Shown here in pieces: positions 28,564-37,169 of a DNA stretch of 64,000 nucleotides; within the stretch, counting starts at the first letter, position 1, and each line of letters starts with the position of its first letter. Below the pieces are notes generated by a model. That model was not told where the DNA came from and searched no databases. It saw nothing but the letters and a program-made list of their open reading frames with translations. Location of the stretch: the NCBI GenBank assembly GCA_965242725.1, contig CBDESZ010000030.1, positions 64,001-128,000 of the forward strand, read 5' to 3'. The position numbers and the translations under genes were made by a program. Source of the DNA: Alkalispirochaeta sp. Its GTDB lineage: Bacteria; Spirochaetota; Spirochaetia; DSM-27196; Alkalispirochaetaceae.

Positions 28564-29826
28564 ATGCCGTCGGATCAACAAAATGTAGATTACCCTGTCC
28601 AGGATGATACGATTTCGCTGCTTGATTTGGTTGCCGTACTGGTCCGACACAAATGGCTCATTGTCGGCACAACGTTTGCCGCGGCGATCGGTATTTTGAT
28701 ATTTTCGATCATTTCGCTGGTCCTGCCGTCCGATATTTCCCCCCTGCCGAACTACTTCAAGGCGACCGCAGAGGTCCTCATTACGGAGGAGAGCGGCACC
28801 AATCTGCAGTCGGTCCTCGGGAATTCCCAGCTTGCAAGCCTGGCGGGACTGTCCGGAGCGGGCGGCGGATCGAGTAACGGCGAGCTGGCCCTCTCCCTCC
28901 TCACCAGTCGCACGGTTCTGGATCAGATCGTCAACGAGTTCAACATCATTGAACGATACGAAATCGAAGAATCACCGCGGGCACGAAGCAGACAAGTGGT
29001 GCGGGAGATGATGGAGAGCAACCTTGAGCCGGAAACGGGAATTCTGTCGGTCTCCATTCAGCATATCGATCCCGCCTTTGCCCGGGATGTGACCAATCGC
29101 CTCGTTGAAATTCTCAATGGCCGTTTCCAGGAACTGGGTGTCGACCAGAACCGAAGTCGCGCAAATCTTCTGGAACGCAAGATATCTGAAGTGGATGAGG
29201 AAATCCTGCAGCTGGAGCAGCAAATCAAAGAGTTTCAGCGTCGGTACGGAGCGTTCAACGTCCAGAGTATGGTGGAAGAGCAGGTCGCCATGCGGGGTCG
29301 TATTCGAAGCGATCTCGTTCTCAAGGAGATTGAAATCAGCACCTACGAAGATTTTTCGACGATAAACGATCCTGTTCTTCAACGCCTCAGGACGGAGCGC
29401 GACAACCTGCGTCAGCTTCTACGGGAAATGGAAGAGGGTTTCTCCGAATTTTCCACAGGACTGCCGTCACAGCAGGAGCTGCCGGAACTGGCGGCGGAGT
29501 TTGCACGACTCCAGCGGGAAGCGCAGGTGCAGCAACAGATTTATACGACCCTTCGTCAGCAGTATGAACTGGCTCAACTGTCACTGGAGGGTGAAGAGCG
29601 AACGTTTCAGATTCTGGAGCTCGCGGAAGTCCCCGACCAAAAGGCGGGACCGAGCCGTGCGATGATTTCAATCATTACGACAATTACCGCGTTCTTTGTA
29701 AGTGTATTTCTCGCCTTTGTTCTGGAGTACTTCTCCAGGGTGAAGGAAGATCCGGAAGAAGGCAGGAAACTCAAAGAGATCGAACAGGGTCTCCGGATAT
29801 TCCACCGGAGAGCACAAGGGAGATAG
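28564..29826 (+). CDS. Wzz/GumC-type polysaccharide co-polymerase (no kinase domain)
   Basis: D.ISLLDL..VL, N-terminal TM, coiled coil, A.VP..K.GPSR plus C-terminal TM. Confidence 0.85.
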   Translation: MPSDQQNVDYPVQDDTISLLDLVAVLVRHKWLIVGTTFAAAIGILIFSIISLVLPSDISPLPNYFKATAEVLITEESGTNLQSVLGNSQLASLAGLSGAGGGSSNGELALSLLTSRTVLDQIVNEFNIIERYEIEESPRARSRQVVREMMESNLEPETGILSVSIQHIDPAFARDVTNRLVEILNGRFQELGVDQNRSRANLLERKISEVDEEILQLEQQIKEFQRRYGAFNVQSMVEEQVAMRGRIRSDLVLKEIEISTYEDFSTINDPVLQRLRTERDNLRQLLREMEEGFSEFSTGLPSQQELPELAAEFARLQREAQVQQQIYTTLRQQYELAQLSLEGEERTFQILELAEVPDQKAGPSRAMISIITTITAFFVSVFLAFVLEYFSRVKEDPEEGRKLKEIEQGLRIFHRRAQGR

Positions 29827-29843
29827 CCCTCCGGCGAGTGGAG

Positions 29844-30221
29844 TCATGAAAAACTCGCCCAAAGGATTTTCAGGTTCTCGGAAATTGACAATACGGTTTC
29901 ATCCGCAGTGGGGAGTGCCAGTGTCTCAATAATCCCCATTGATTCTCCGGGCAGGACCGCTACCGATTCGACGATCCGCCGATAGAAGACCTGTTCCCCC
30001 GCGGACAATCGAAAGACAAAATCCACATGAGAAATCGTCTCACCGCCGACGTTGGTGATCGAAAAAACGACATCACAGAGCCCTTCGGCGTCGACACTCA
30101 GCGCTTCCGCCCTTACAACGCCTTCCGGGACCGGAGGCTCGTCCAGGGGACACCCGGACAGCATCAGAGCTGCAACGATACACATGCCGATGACCGCGAC
30201 TCCTACGATTCTGGTTTCCAT
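29844..30221 (-). CDS. Putative lipoprotein, Ig-like beta sandwich
   Basis: Lipobox MLSG-C, ITNVG..I, V.PGES. SD GGAGG; overlaps the upstream gene. Confidence 0.75.
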   Translation of the reverse strand: METRIVGVAVIGMCIVAALMLSGCPLDEPPVPEGVVRAEALSVDAEGLCDVVFSITNVGGETISHVDFVFRLSAGEQVFYRRIVESVAVLPGESMGIIETLALPTADETVLSISENLKILWASFS

Positions 30222-30925
30222 AGCCATCCTCCACGAACATTCAATTCCGATGGGCCTTCCATATGGTGCATCACGGTCGACGCGCCGACGTGAAATCGGT
30301 CCCATCCCCATCTCATGGAGATAACTGCGGCAAATGAAACCTGCGTAAATGTCGGCCCGTTGCGAATGAGCGGTACAATTTCGAATTGGATTGAGGTTAT
30401 GTCGTTTGTCACCAGCACCGAAGAAAGCGGCATTTGCAGGACCATCTCCTCGGGAGATTCCGTCGAAAATATCGCCACGACTCCGCATCCGTGAACCATC
30501 GGATCTCTGATGAACATCACATTTGCCGATCCGGTGACCGCCCTCCCCGTATCGAGGGAAGCGGCAATGCGGCTTTTTCGAAAAGCCGGACCGAAGGTAT
30601 ATCCCGTCTCAAACGAAACGACACCGTCGGCGGTATATCCAAGAACCAACCCGTCCGCAGTTGTACGATGGGCTCCTATCGGAACGCGCCCTTCCACGGA
30701 GAAATCGTACCGCTGGCGCACCTTCCCGCCGATTTCAATGTTAACGTCTCCTTCAAAGACGGACACGACACTGCGATAGTAACGTTCTGTCTGTGGCAGG
30801 ATAGATAGACCGCCGTTGAAAAAAAGTTCGATCCGGCGATGGGTTTCAACTGCGATGCGCTGGTGATCGGATTGTTCCTCGGAAAAGGTTGATATGCCAG
30901 GAACAATCACGAGCAGAATCAGCAT
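30203..30925 (-). CDS. Putative outer-membrane beta-barrel (FapF-like)
   Basis: Signal peptide, amphipathic beta strands, IRDPMV and TNDITS motifs, aromatic C-terminal strand VRGGWLW. Confidence 0.6.
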   Translation of the reverse strand: MLILLVIVPGISTFSEEQSDHQRIAVETHRRIELFFNGGLSILPQTERYYRSVVSVFEGDVNIEIGGKVRQRYDFSVEGRVPIGAHRTTADGLVLGYTADGVVSFETGYTFGPAFRKSRIAASLDTGRAVTGSANVMFIRDPMVHGCGVVAIFSTESPEEMVLQMPLSSVLVTNDITSIQFEIVPLIRNGPTFTQVSFAAVISMRWGWDRFHVGASTVMHHMEGPSELNVRGGWLWKPES

Positions 30926-30929
30926 CGTC

Positions 30930-31475
30930 CTACCTGCCGTCACGGACCGCCTCCAGCCGCTTCCATCGAGAGCGTGCAGCATCCATTGCCGCCGCAAATG
31001 CCTCCGTGCGGACCTGCCCGTCAATAACAATGGCAGCACCCGACGCGCGACGTGCCCACCAGATCGGTGTCACGATAATCATGCCCCGTGCGGGATCTCC
31101 CAACAGCATTGTCTCCTTGTCTTCGTCAACCGCTCCGAAAGCAAGCGCGTAGTGTCCGTAGGGACGGTCAAAGTGCACGATGACTGGACCAAACCTCGTC
31201 GTACCCTCATGAACCAGCTCCCAGGTAAGCCAATATGCCCTGTTTGACAATCCGATCTGCCGGAGAATGTCGGTTACCTCTCGAACGGAGAGGCTGTAAT
31301 CCCCGCTCACGTCATCCCGGGAGAGCTCGAGATCCGTCACCCAGAACGACTCCACAGCCGACTCGATAACGGCGTGAGCGCAATCGGTGTCGTACTGTTG
31401 TTCATTCATAAAGGTGAAAAGGAGCGCCTCCATGGAGACAACGCCTGCCAACGCAGTCGAAAGAAGTATATTCAT
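30930..31475 (-). CDS. Stand-alone C39-family cysteine peptidase
   Basis: QQYDTDCA (Q-x-C), SVREV, GHYALA (His), LLGDPARG (Asp), N-terminal hydrophobic signal, no ABC domain. Confidence 0.82.
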   Translation of the reverse strand: MNILLSTALAGVVSMEALLFTFMNEQQYDTDCAHAVIESAVESFWVTDLELSRDDVSGDYSLSVREVTDILRQIGLSNRAYWLTWELVHEGTTRFGPVIVHFDRPYGHYALAFGAVDEDKETMLLGDPARGMIIVTPIWWARRASGAAIVIDGQVRTEAFAAAMDAARSRWKRLEAVRDGR

Positions 31476-32254
31476 CGTGGTTTTGGTAAATAGTCACCTT
31501 CCCAGGGCCCAAGGCTTTCTCTCAGCTGGGGAAAGCGCCGATATACCGGCGGGAGCGCATAGAGCGGTGATATATTGATCTCGGATACGCCCGCCAGAGC
31601 CTCAAGCTCTTTGGGAATCGGTCGTATTTCCAGTCTGTAGTTATAGCGAAGCGACACGGTGCGAAGGGTCGGGGGAATGTGGTTTATCAGGGGCAGTTCC
31701 TCTTGGAAGTAGAAGGTGATCGCAAACTCCGCCAGAGACGGAAAACTCTTGAGTGAGATATACGAAAGGTTGCCCGACCATAGACTGTCCTGGATGGTGA
31801 GTCGCTTCAGGTTCTTTGAACCGAAGTAAAAAAGGCGCAAATCTTCAAACCACATCCCCGTGATAGTCAGCTCCTCCAGATTTGGAAAACTTCTGAGGAT
31901 GGTCCAGTCATACGGTTCAGTGAGATTCCAGAGATGCAGAGAACGGACATTGACCGTCGTTTCGGATCTTCGAATCGAAGAAATCCGTGACCGCGTCAAT
32001 ATCCCGGCGTCATAGATATTCCACACCGAAATCGTCGCCTCCCGGGGATTGGCCGCGGGAAGGATGGGAATGATCCCCTCCTCGCCGATGGAGGTGGCGA
32101 CATACAGGACTGGGTTGTCGGCGGCGTCGGGATCCACGGCGTAAACGGACAACGAACAGGCGATGAAGAGCGTAACGTACAGTCGAACCGGACGCAGCCG
32201 GGCGGAACCTGAACCGGTTTTCATTGAATCGGAATCGGCTGCCGCGGACTTCAT
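31472..32254 (-). CDS. Secreted leucine-rich-repeat-like protein (paralog 2)
   Basis: FPNLEELTI, NLKRLTI, FPSLAEF, PPTLRTVSL repeats; signal-like segment; ATGA overlaps on both sides. Confidence 0.75.
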   Translation of the reverse strand: MKSAAADSDSMKTGSGSARLRPVRLYVTLFIACSLSVYAVDPDAADNPVLYVATSIGEEGIIPILPAANPREATISVWNIYDAGILTRSRISSIRRSETTVNVRSLHLWNLTEPYDWTILRSFPNLEELTITGMWFEDLRLFYFGSKNLKRLTIQDSLWSGNLSYISLKSFPSLAEFAITFYFQEELPLINHIPPTLRTVSLRYNYRLEIRPIPKELEALAGVSEINISPLYALPPVYRRFPQLRESLGPWEGDYLPKPR

Positions 32255-32988
32255 CGATCCCTCCGTCGCGAACCGTCCCAGGGGCCTGCACCGTCGGCCA
32301 ACTGCGGAAACTGAAGCCGTACCTCATCCGAGGCCTGAAGCGGCCATACGTTAATCGTTTTGAGTCCGGATAGTGCGATAAGTCGCGGCGTTGCCCGCTC
32401 GAAGACAATGGTCCTGTTCATATGGAATGTCACTGTTTCCAGAGAGGGCGGGATGTCGACCAGGAGCGGGATATCCTCAGCTCCACTGCACATGTACCCC
32501 AATTCCACCAGCGCAGGAAAGCGTTTGAGAGAAATGACGGGTCGGCGGTCGCAGCCGTAGGTTTCGCTGATGACAAGAATCTCGACTTTTGGCGCTCCGT
32601 GGTCAAAAAGACGATCTCGTTCAAACCGCATCCCAGTAATTGTAAGACTTTTAAGGTTTGGAAAACTGTTCAATATGGACCATTCCATGGGTTCTATGAC
32701 ATGCCATAGATGTAAGGACTGGATTCTCTCGGTAAATGTCGTTCGCCTGACGGCAGAAATGCGGGCTCTCCCGGTAATCCCGTTTTCCTGCATCGCCCAG
32801 AGGGCAATTGAAGCGTGATTCGCTTCAATTTCACGAATCGGAATTATGGCTGTCTCTCCGGTGGCCGCCGTGACATAGAGCGACCGTTCTTCCGGTACTA
32901 AGGGTAATATAGCGACTACGGTGTAAATGAATATCGCAATACTCAGATAGCTTCGCCGAGGCCGCCGCACATGCGGCGGCCTCCTCAT
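32251..32988 (-). CDS. Secreted leucine-rich-repeat-like protein (paralog 1)
   Basis: FPNLKSLTI, FPALVEL, PPSLETVTF, LSGLKTINV; full-length similarity to 31472..32254. Start uncertain (32988, 33009 or GTG 32970). Confidence 0.75.
   Translation of the reverse strand: MRRPPHVRRPRRSYLSIAIFIYTVVAILPLVPEERSLYVTAATGETAIIPIREIEANHASIALWAMQENGITGRARISAVRRTTFTERIQSLHLWHVIEPMEWSILNSFPNLKSLTITGMRFERDRLFDHGAPKVEILVISETYGCDRRPVISLKRFPALVELGYMCSGAEDIPLLVDIPPSLETVTFHMNRTIVFERATPRLIALSGLKTINVWPLQASDEVRLQFPQLADGAGPWDGSRRRDR
32958..32983. other. Perfect 12-bp inverted repeat just downstream of the precursor gene
   Basis: GAGGCCGCCGCA-CA-TGCGGCGGCCTC. Confidence 0.85.
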
Positions 32989-32999
32989 GAAGGATTTAA

Positions 33000-33611
33000 T
33001 TACTCCCATGACAGTATTGTATTGTGATCGCGCCGGGGAAGAGGCACAAAAGCCTGCTGTGTTGTATTCGGCGGCATTCGTTCGGGTTCCCACTGTTGCA
33101 TTTCCTGCAAATGGTCGTAACTACCGTTGATATACCGATCATACAACGCCCCTCCGGCGCGATTGTCGTATACCTGGAGGTGAGTTTTTCCCTCGTCATT
33201 ACCGGTAAAGATATACCCCGCAGTGCCTGGAGGCGGTGTGGGAGATGCATTGGAGCGATGTTGCTGGTAGATCTCGTTGACCGTTACCCGGTCATAATCG
33301 AGAAACCCTCCCGTCGGTGTGGATGTGTCGAGCCCCATACCTTCCGCCCGGTTCCGGGCGATGAAGTCGCAGTGGACGGCACTGCTGTTTGATGTCTCCC
33401 GTTTCCAGGAAATCCGGCGTAACCGTCTGCGAAGACTTGCAAACCGGGGAAAGAGGGCCCCCTCAGTTTCATCCATCTCCGACACACTCATTGTCGGAGC
33501 GTCAAAGCCAATAAATCCGTCGACGGGAGATTCCGTCGATTCCCATGCGCCAACTGCCGCGAGTCCGCCGATGACGAACCCGACAATCAAGAGAGGAACG
33601 TACTTGTGCAT
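33000..33611 (-). CDS. Secreted precursor: Sec signal + double-glycine-like leader + putative Cys/His hydrolase domain
   Basis: SD GGAGG; signal MHKYVPLLIVGFVIGGLAAVGA; FDAPTMSVSEMDETEGA; HCD...PPPG..YIF...THLQVY. Confidence 0.75.
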   Translation of the reverse strand: MHKYVPLLIVGFVIGGLAAVGAWESTESPVDGFIGFDAPTMSVSEMDETEGALFPRFASLRRRLRRISWKRETSNSSAVHCDFIARNRAEGMGLDTSTPTGGFLDYDRVTVNEIYQQHRSNASPTPPPGTAGYIFTGNDEGKTHLQVYDNRAGGALYDRYINGSYDHLQEMQQWEPERMPPNTTQQAFVPLPRRDHNTILSWE

Positions 33612-33808
33612 GGCAACCTCCTATGCACGTAAGCCGAGATCCGCATTGCTGCGTCCTTCTGCTCCTCCCTACCGGTAAATATGTCTTCCCGCTTTATTTA
33701 ATTCGTCTTTTCTATTCGCTTTTATTGACCTGCTGATGCATGAAGGGCGGAGGCCACCAATGGTACGCCTCCGCCTTACGCTTGTTCCTGCGTTAGTTCC
33801 GGCACATC

Positions 33809-34384
33809 CTATTCAGCCGGACCGGGCCGCACCGGATCGAGCATTGTGTGAATATGGTCGACGATATCCGCCGGCCATAATCCGATTATCGCATCGAATA
33901 CGTCCCATCGCCGGGCGTACAGCGCGCGTACCGCCTCCTCAAATCCAGAGCGGTTTCCGGCGGTCACCCACATGAATCGTTGCGTCGCCTCGATGCGCTC
34001 CAGCTCCCGTTCTTCAGGAGTCATGTTTTTCATCGCCCCTTCCACCAGTCGGCGCAGCGTCGCGGATGCTCGTTTCGGCTGCCGTTCCAGCCACTGCCAG
34101 TGACGCGGCATGAGGCATACCTCACCACACTGTACGCCCATCCGCGGGCGGCCCGGACCTTTCTGTGACTGCTTCGGAAGGGCTCGTTCAAGCGATTCTT
34201 CCAGCGTGCCGTGGAGCGCAAAATCAACCTGTTCGCCCGTATCGTCCCGAAAGAAGAGGAGGTTCGCCGTATCTTCACCACGTTCCTGGCGGGCGTGATG
34301 ATACGCGGCGGTCAGGACCACCTCGAGACTCCCCGATGCGATTTTCTTTTCTCCCGCAAATGCGGTGTATGTCGTGTCATTCAT
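33809..34384 (-). CDS. DUF2239 family protein
   Basis: TAF.G...IASG, F.D.TG.QVD, GPGRP.MGV...EV.L.PRHWQWL, ASATLRRLV, AGN..GFEEA.RALY, WPAD. Confidence 0.9.
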   Translation of the reverse strand: MNDTTYTAFAGEKKIASGSLEVVLTAAYHHARQERGEDTANLLFFRDDTGEQVDFALHGTLEESLERALPKQSQKGPGRPRMGVQCGEVCLMPRHWQWLERQPKRASATLRRLVEGAMKNMTPEERELERIEATQRFMWVTAGNRSGFEEAVRALYARRWDVFDAIIGLWPADIVDHIHTMLDPVRPGPAE

Positions 34385-34571
34385 GGGCATATTTTATCCG
34401 GGTTTAATTACCATGTCTATATATACCGGGTTAATTTCTTGAGAAGACCCGCAATCATTACACTGATCGTTTCCGTTTTTGCAGCACGATTCTATACACA
34501 GCCCGAAGCTTCACAGATACTCTCTATCTTCTTCACATTCTATTCACATTTTTCTGTATATTATTTTTCAT

Positions 34572-35960
34572 ATGAAGAAGCGTTATGGAACGCGATTGCG
34601 AAAAACATTATTCGGCATGCTCCTCCTCGTTGCAGCGTTGTACATACCGGCCGAAATCGCCGCCCTGTCCTTTGATGAGGTGACGGCGCACATGAACGCC
34701 GCGCCGGCGGTAAAGGCGGCGCAATGGAATCGCTATGAGGCGGAAGACCGCCTGCTCCTCTCCATGTTTCCCGGTGACCCGGAGCTGACGCTGACACCGG
34801 CAACATCGTTTGAGACGGCGGAAGGTAACGCATTTACGGACGTCACAACGATCGGTGCTACCGCCGCACTTTCCATTCCGATAGCGTTGTCTCAGGACCG
34901 ACGTGTCGCGGTCGATGCCGCTTCGATGGCACTGTCCCGTGCCCGTACTACCGAAATTCACGCCCGGGCGGAAGTGTATGCGACCCTTCTCAACGCCTAT
35001 CGACGCGCATGGCTCGCCCAGCGGGAGCTGGAAGTACTGCAACGCGAATTGGAGGCACTGTCGGAAGTCGCCCGCGTAACGAACGAGCGCTACCGGCGCG
35101 GAGCCGCCTCCCTGCAGGAGGTAAACGATGCAGAAGACGATCTGGTACGGGCGAGGACGGCACTCCGCGAGGGAACGCTGGCGCGCCGTTTACGTTCCCT
35201 TGAACTCCTGTATGCAGCGGGATTGGAACGGAGTCGAACGGATGACCTGCAACCCCTTACCGTCGTCCTGCCGGACATACCCCGTCCGCCGGAACTCACA
35301 GAATGGGCGGTGGAACACGATCCCCGTATTGTCGCTCTGAACGATGACGCGACACTGTTTTCCCTGGAAGAGACGGCACTGGACGGTCCCGTCGGAATGC
35401 CGACGTTTCGTGCCGGTTTTTCCGGTTGGGACCAGAGCGCGTCGCTGACGGTCATGACCGAAAATCCCGCCCTCTCTCTCTCCTATACCCTTCCGGTCGC
35501 ATCATATGGTGAAATTCCGGAGAGCAGAAGCGGCGCCTCCAATGAGGAGACGTGGGAACTGTCCTTCTCGCTCGCCCTCCCCCTGCAGACGACAAAAGAC
35601 AGACGCATAAACTCGGAAATTCTGACAACCAACCGGGCGCAGGCGGTGGTTGCACGAGAGGAAATTGAACGGGAGCTGGCGCTGGCAATACGGTCGCAGT
35701 ACCAGAAACTGGAGCTTTCCCGGGAGACGATCGCCGACGCGCAGCGATCGGTGGAGGCGACCCTTGAGATCCTGAATACCGTCACCGGGCGACTCGCCGA
35801 GGACCGGGCAACGACGGCGGACCTCCTCCTTGCGGAGGCGCAATACCATCGTGCCCTGTACCGGCTGGATGCGGCACTGGCGGAACGGGAAGAGGCCAAA
35901 ATCCTCACCGCCGCCGCGGCCACATATTTACACGTCTTACTAGGAACACTGGATCAATGA
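34572..35960 (+). CDS. TolC-family outer-membrane efflux protein
   Basis: Signal peptide, two helical repeats (YRRGAAS, TADLLLAE); first gene of the efflux operon. Confidence 0.8.
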   Translation: MKKRYGTRLRKTLFGMLLLVAALYIPAEIAALSFDEVTAHMNAAPAVKAAQWNRYEAEDRLLLSMFPGDPELTLTPATSFETAEGNAFTDVTTIGATAALSIPIALSQDRRVAVDAASMALSRARTTEIHARAEVYATLLNAYRRAWLAQRELEVLQRELEALSEVARVTNERYRRGAASLQEVNDAEDDLVRARTALREGTLARRLRSLELLYAAGLERSRTDDLQPLTVVLPDIPRPPELTEWAVEHDPRIVALNDDATLFSLEETALDGPVGMPTFRAGFSGWDQSASLTVMTENPALSLSYTLPVASYGEIPESRSGASNEETWELSFSLALPLQTTKDRRINSEILTTNRAQAVVAREEIERELALAIRSQYQKLELSRETIADAQRSVEATLEILNTVTGRLAEDRATTADLLLAEAQYHRALYRLDAALAEREEAKILTAAAATYLHVLLGTLDQ

Positions 35961-37168
35961 AAAGACAAAACAAAGTCATTGCGACGATCATCGTCGCGGT
36001 CATTATCATTGCGGGATGGCTCGTCATGGGCGGCTATTTCCAGGCCGGAACGGAAGACGGGCGGGAACGCGCACCGTCTCCCGAAGCGGCCACGGCGGAG
36101 GGTGAGATTCCCACCGTCGCCGCGAGACCGGGCTCAATCTCCATCCGGGTGGAAGGTCCCGCGGTGGTGGAACCGCTGCGGCAGCTTTCCGTACGCAGCA
36201 GCATCTCCGGAACCGTTACCGCCGCCGTCGGAGTTGGAACGCTCCTCACTGCAGGGGATACCCTGATCCAATTTGAAGGGAGGACCTTTCAGACGGCGCT
36301 GCGACAGGCCCAACTCAACCTTGAGGAGGCGCGGGTCAACCTCCAGCGGGCAAACCTCGCCGTGCAACGGGCGCAACGGGACCTCGATGATCGGGAAAGT
36401 CTCTTTGCCTCGGGTTCGATTACGAGAACCGAGCGGGACGCCGCCCGTGAAGCCCTCTCAACGGCGGAGCTGGAACGGCGATCCGCGGAAATCAGGGTGG
36501 ACCAGGGCGTTCTCGCCGTCGAGACGGCGGAGGAGAACGTCGCCGCAACGACGATCGAGGCGCCCTATACCGGGGTGGTGCTGGAATCAAACGTGGGTAT
36601 CGGTGATGTGGTATCGTCGGGATCGGTGCTCATGGTATTTGCCGACGTGAGCCGGCTCCGCGTCCGGGCGGAGGTTGATGAGTTTGACGTGGGTACCCTA
36701 CAGCCGGGTATGGCCGTGCTCATCACCGCCGATGCGTTGGGAGAGCAGGAGGTTTCGTCAACGGTGGAAACGGTCAGCCCCTCGGCAGAGGTGGTCAACA
36801 ATATTTCCATTTTTACCGTGTCCGCCGTCATACGCGCTGATCAGTCGCCCCTGAGACCCGGAATGAGCGCCGATCTCACCGTCCTCGTCAGTGACGACAC
36901 AGGGCTCATCGTACCAAGCAGCGCCCTTTCCACCGTACGCGGCCGCTCCTATATCGACGTGTTTGAAAACGGCGAAATCGTGACGAAACGCGTTACCGCC
37001 GGAACCGATGACGGTCGCAATACCGTCGTTCTTGAAGGGCTTGATGAGGGTGCCCTCGTCGTCCTGCCGGAGACGGCGGCCTTCACACTGGGTACCACAG
37101 GCGGCACTTCGAACACCGGATCATCCATTATTCCCGTGACCATTCCCGGCTCCGGGGGGGCACGCTGA
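35957..37168 (+). CDS. Efflux periplasmic adaptor subunit (MacA-like)
   Basis: N-terminal TM, alpha hairpin, IEAPYTGVV, VDEFD, LRPGMSA, LIVP. Confidence 0.9.
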   Translation: MKRQNKVIATIIVAVIIIAGWLVMGGYFQAGTEDGRERAPSPEAATAEGEIPTVAARPGSISIRVEGPAVVEPLRQLSVRSSISGTVTAAVGVGTLLTAGDTLIQFEGRTFQTALRQAQLNLEEARVNLQRANLAVQRAQRDLDDRESLFASGSITRTERDAAREALSTAELERRSAEIRVDQGVLAVETAEENVAATTIEAPYTGVVLESNVGIGDVVSSGSVLMVFADVSRLRVRAEVDEFDVGTLQPGMAVLITADALGEQEVSSTVETVSPSAEVVNNISIFTVSAVIRADQSPLRPGMSADLTVLVSDDTGLIVPSSALSTVRGRSYIDVFENGEIVTKRVTAGTDDGRNTVVLEGLDEGALVVLPETAAFTLGTTGGTSNTGSSIIPVTIPGSGGAR

Positions 37169-37169
37169 G

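Noticed and set aside
29844..33611. Classical bacteriocin/RiPP cluster or true Fap amyloid operon
   Set aside because: No ABC transporter fused to the C39, no modification enzymes, the cargo is ~150 aa after the leader and has a Sec signal, and there are no Asn/Gln-rich amyloid repeats.
19052..34400. Integrative island at tRNA-Leu
   Set aside because: Accessory-type content follows the tRNA, but I saw no integrase and no convincing duplicate of the tRNA 3' end.
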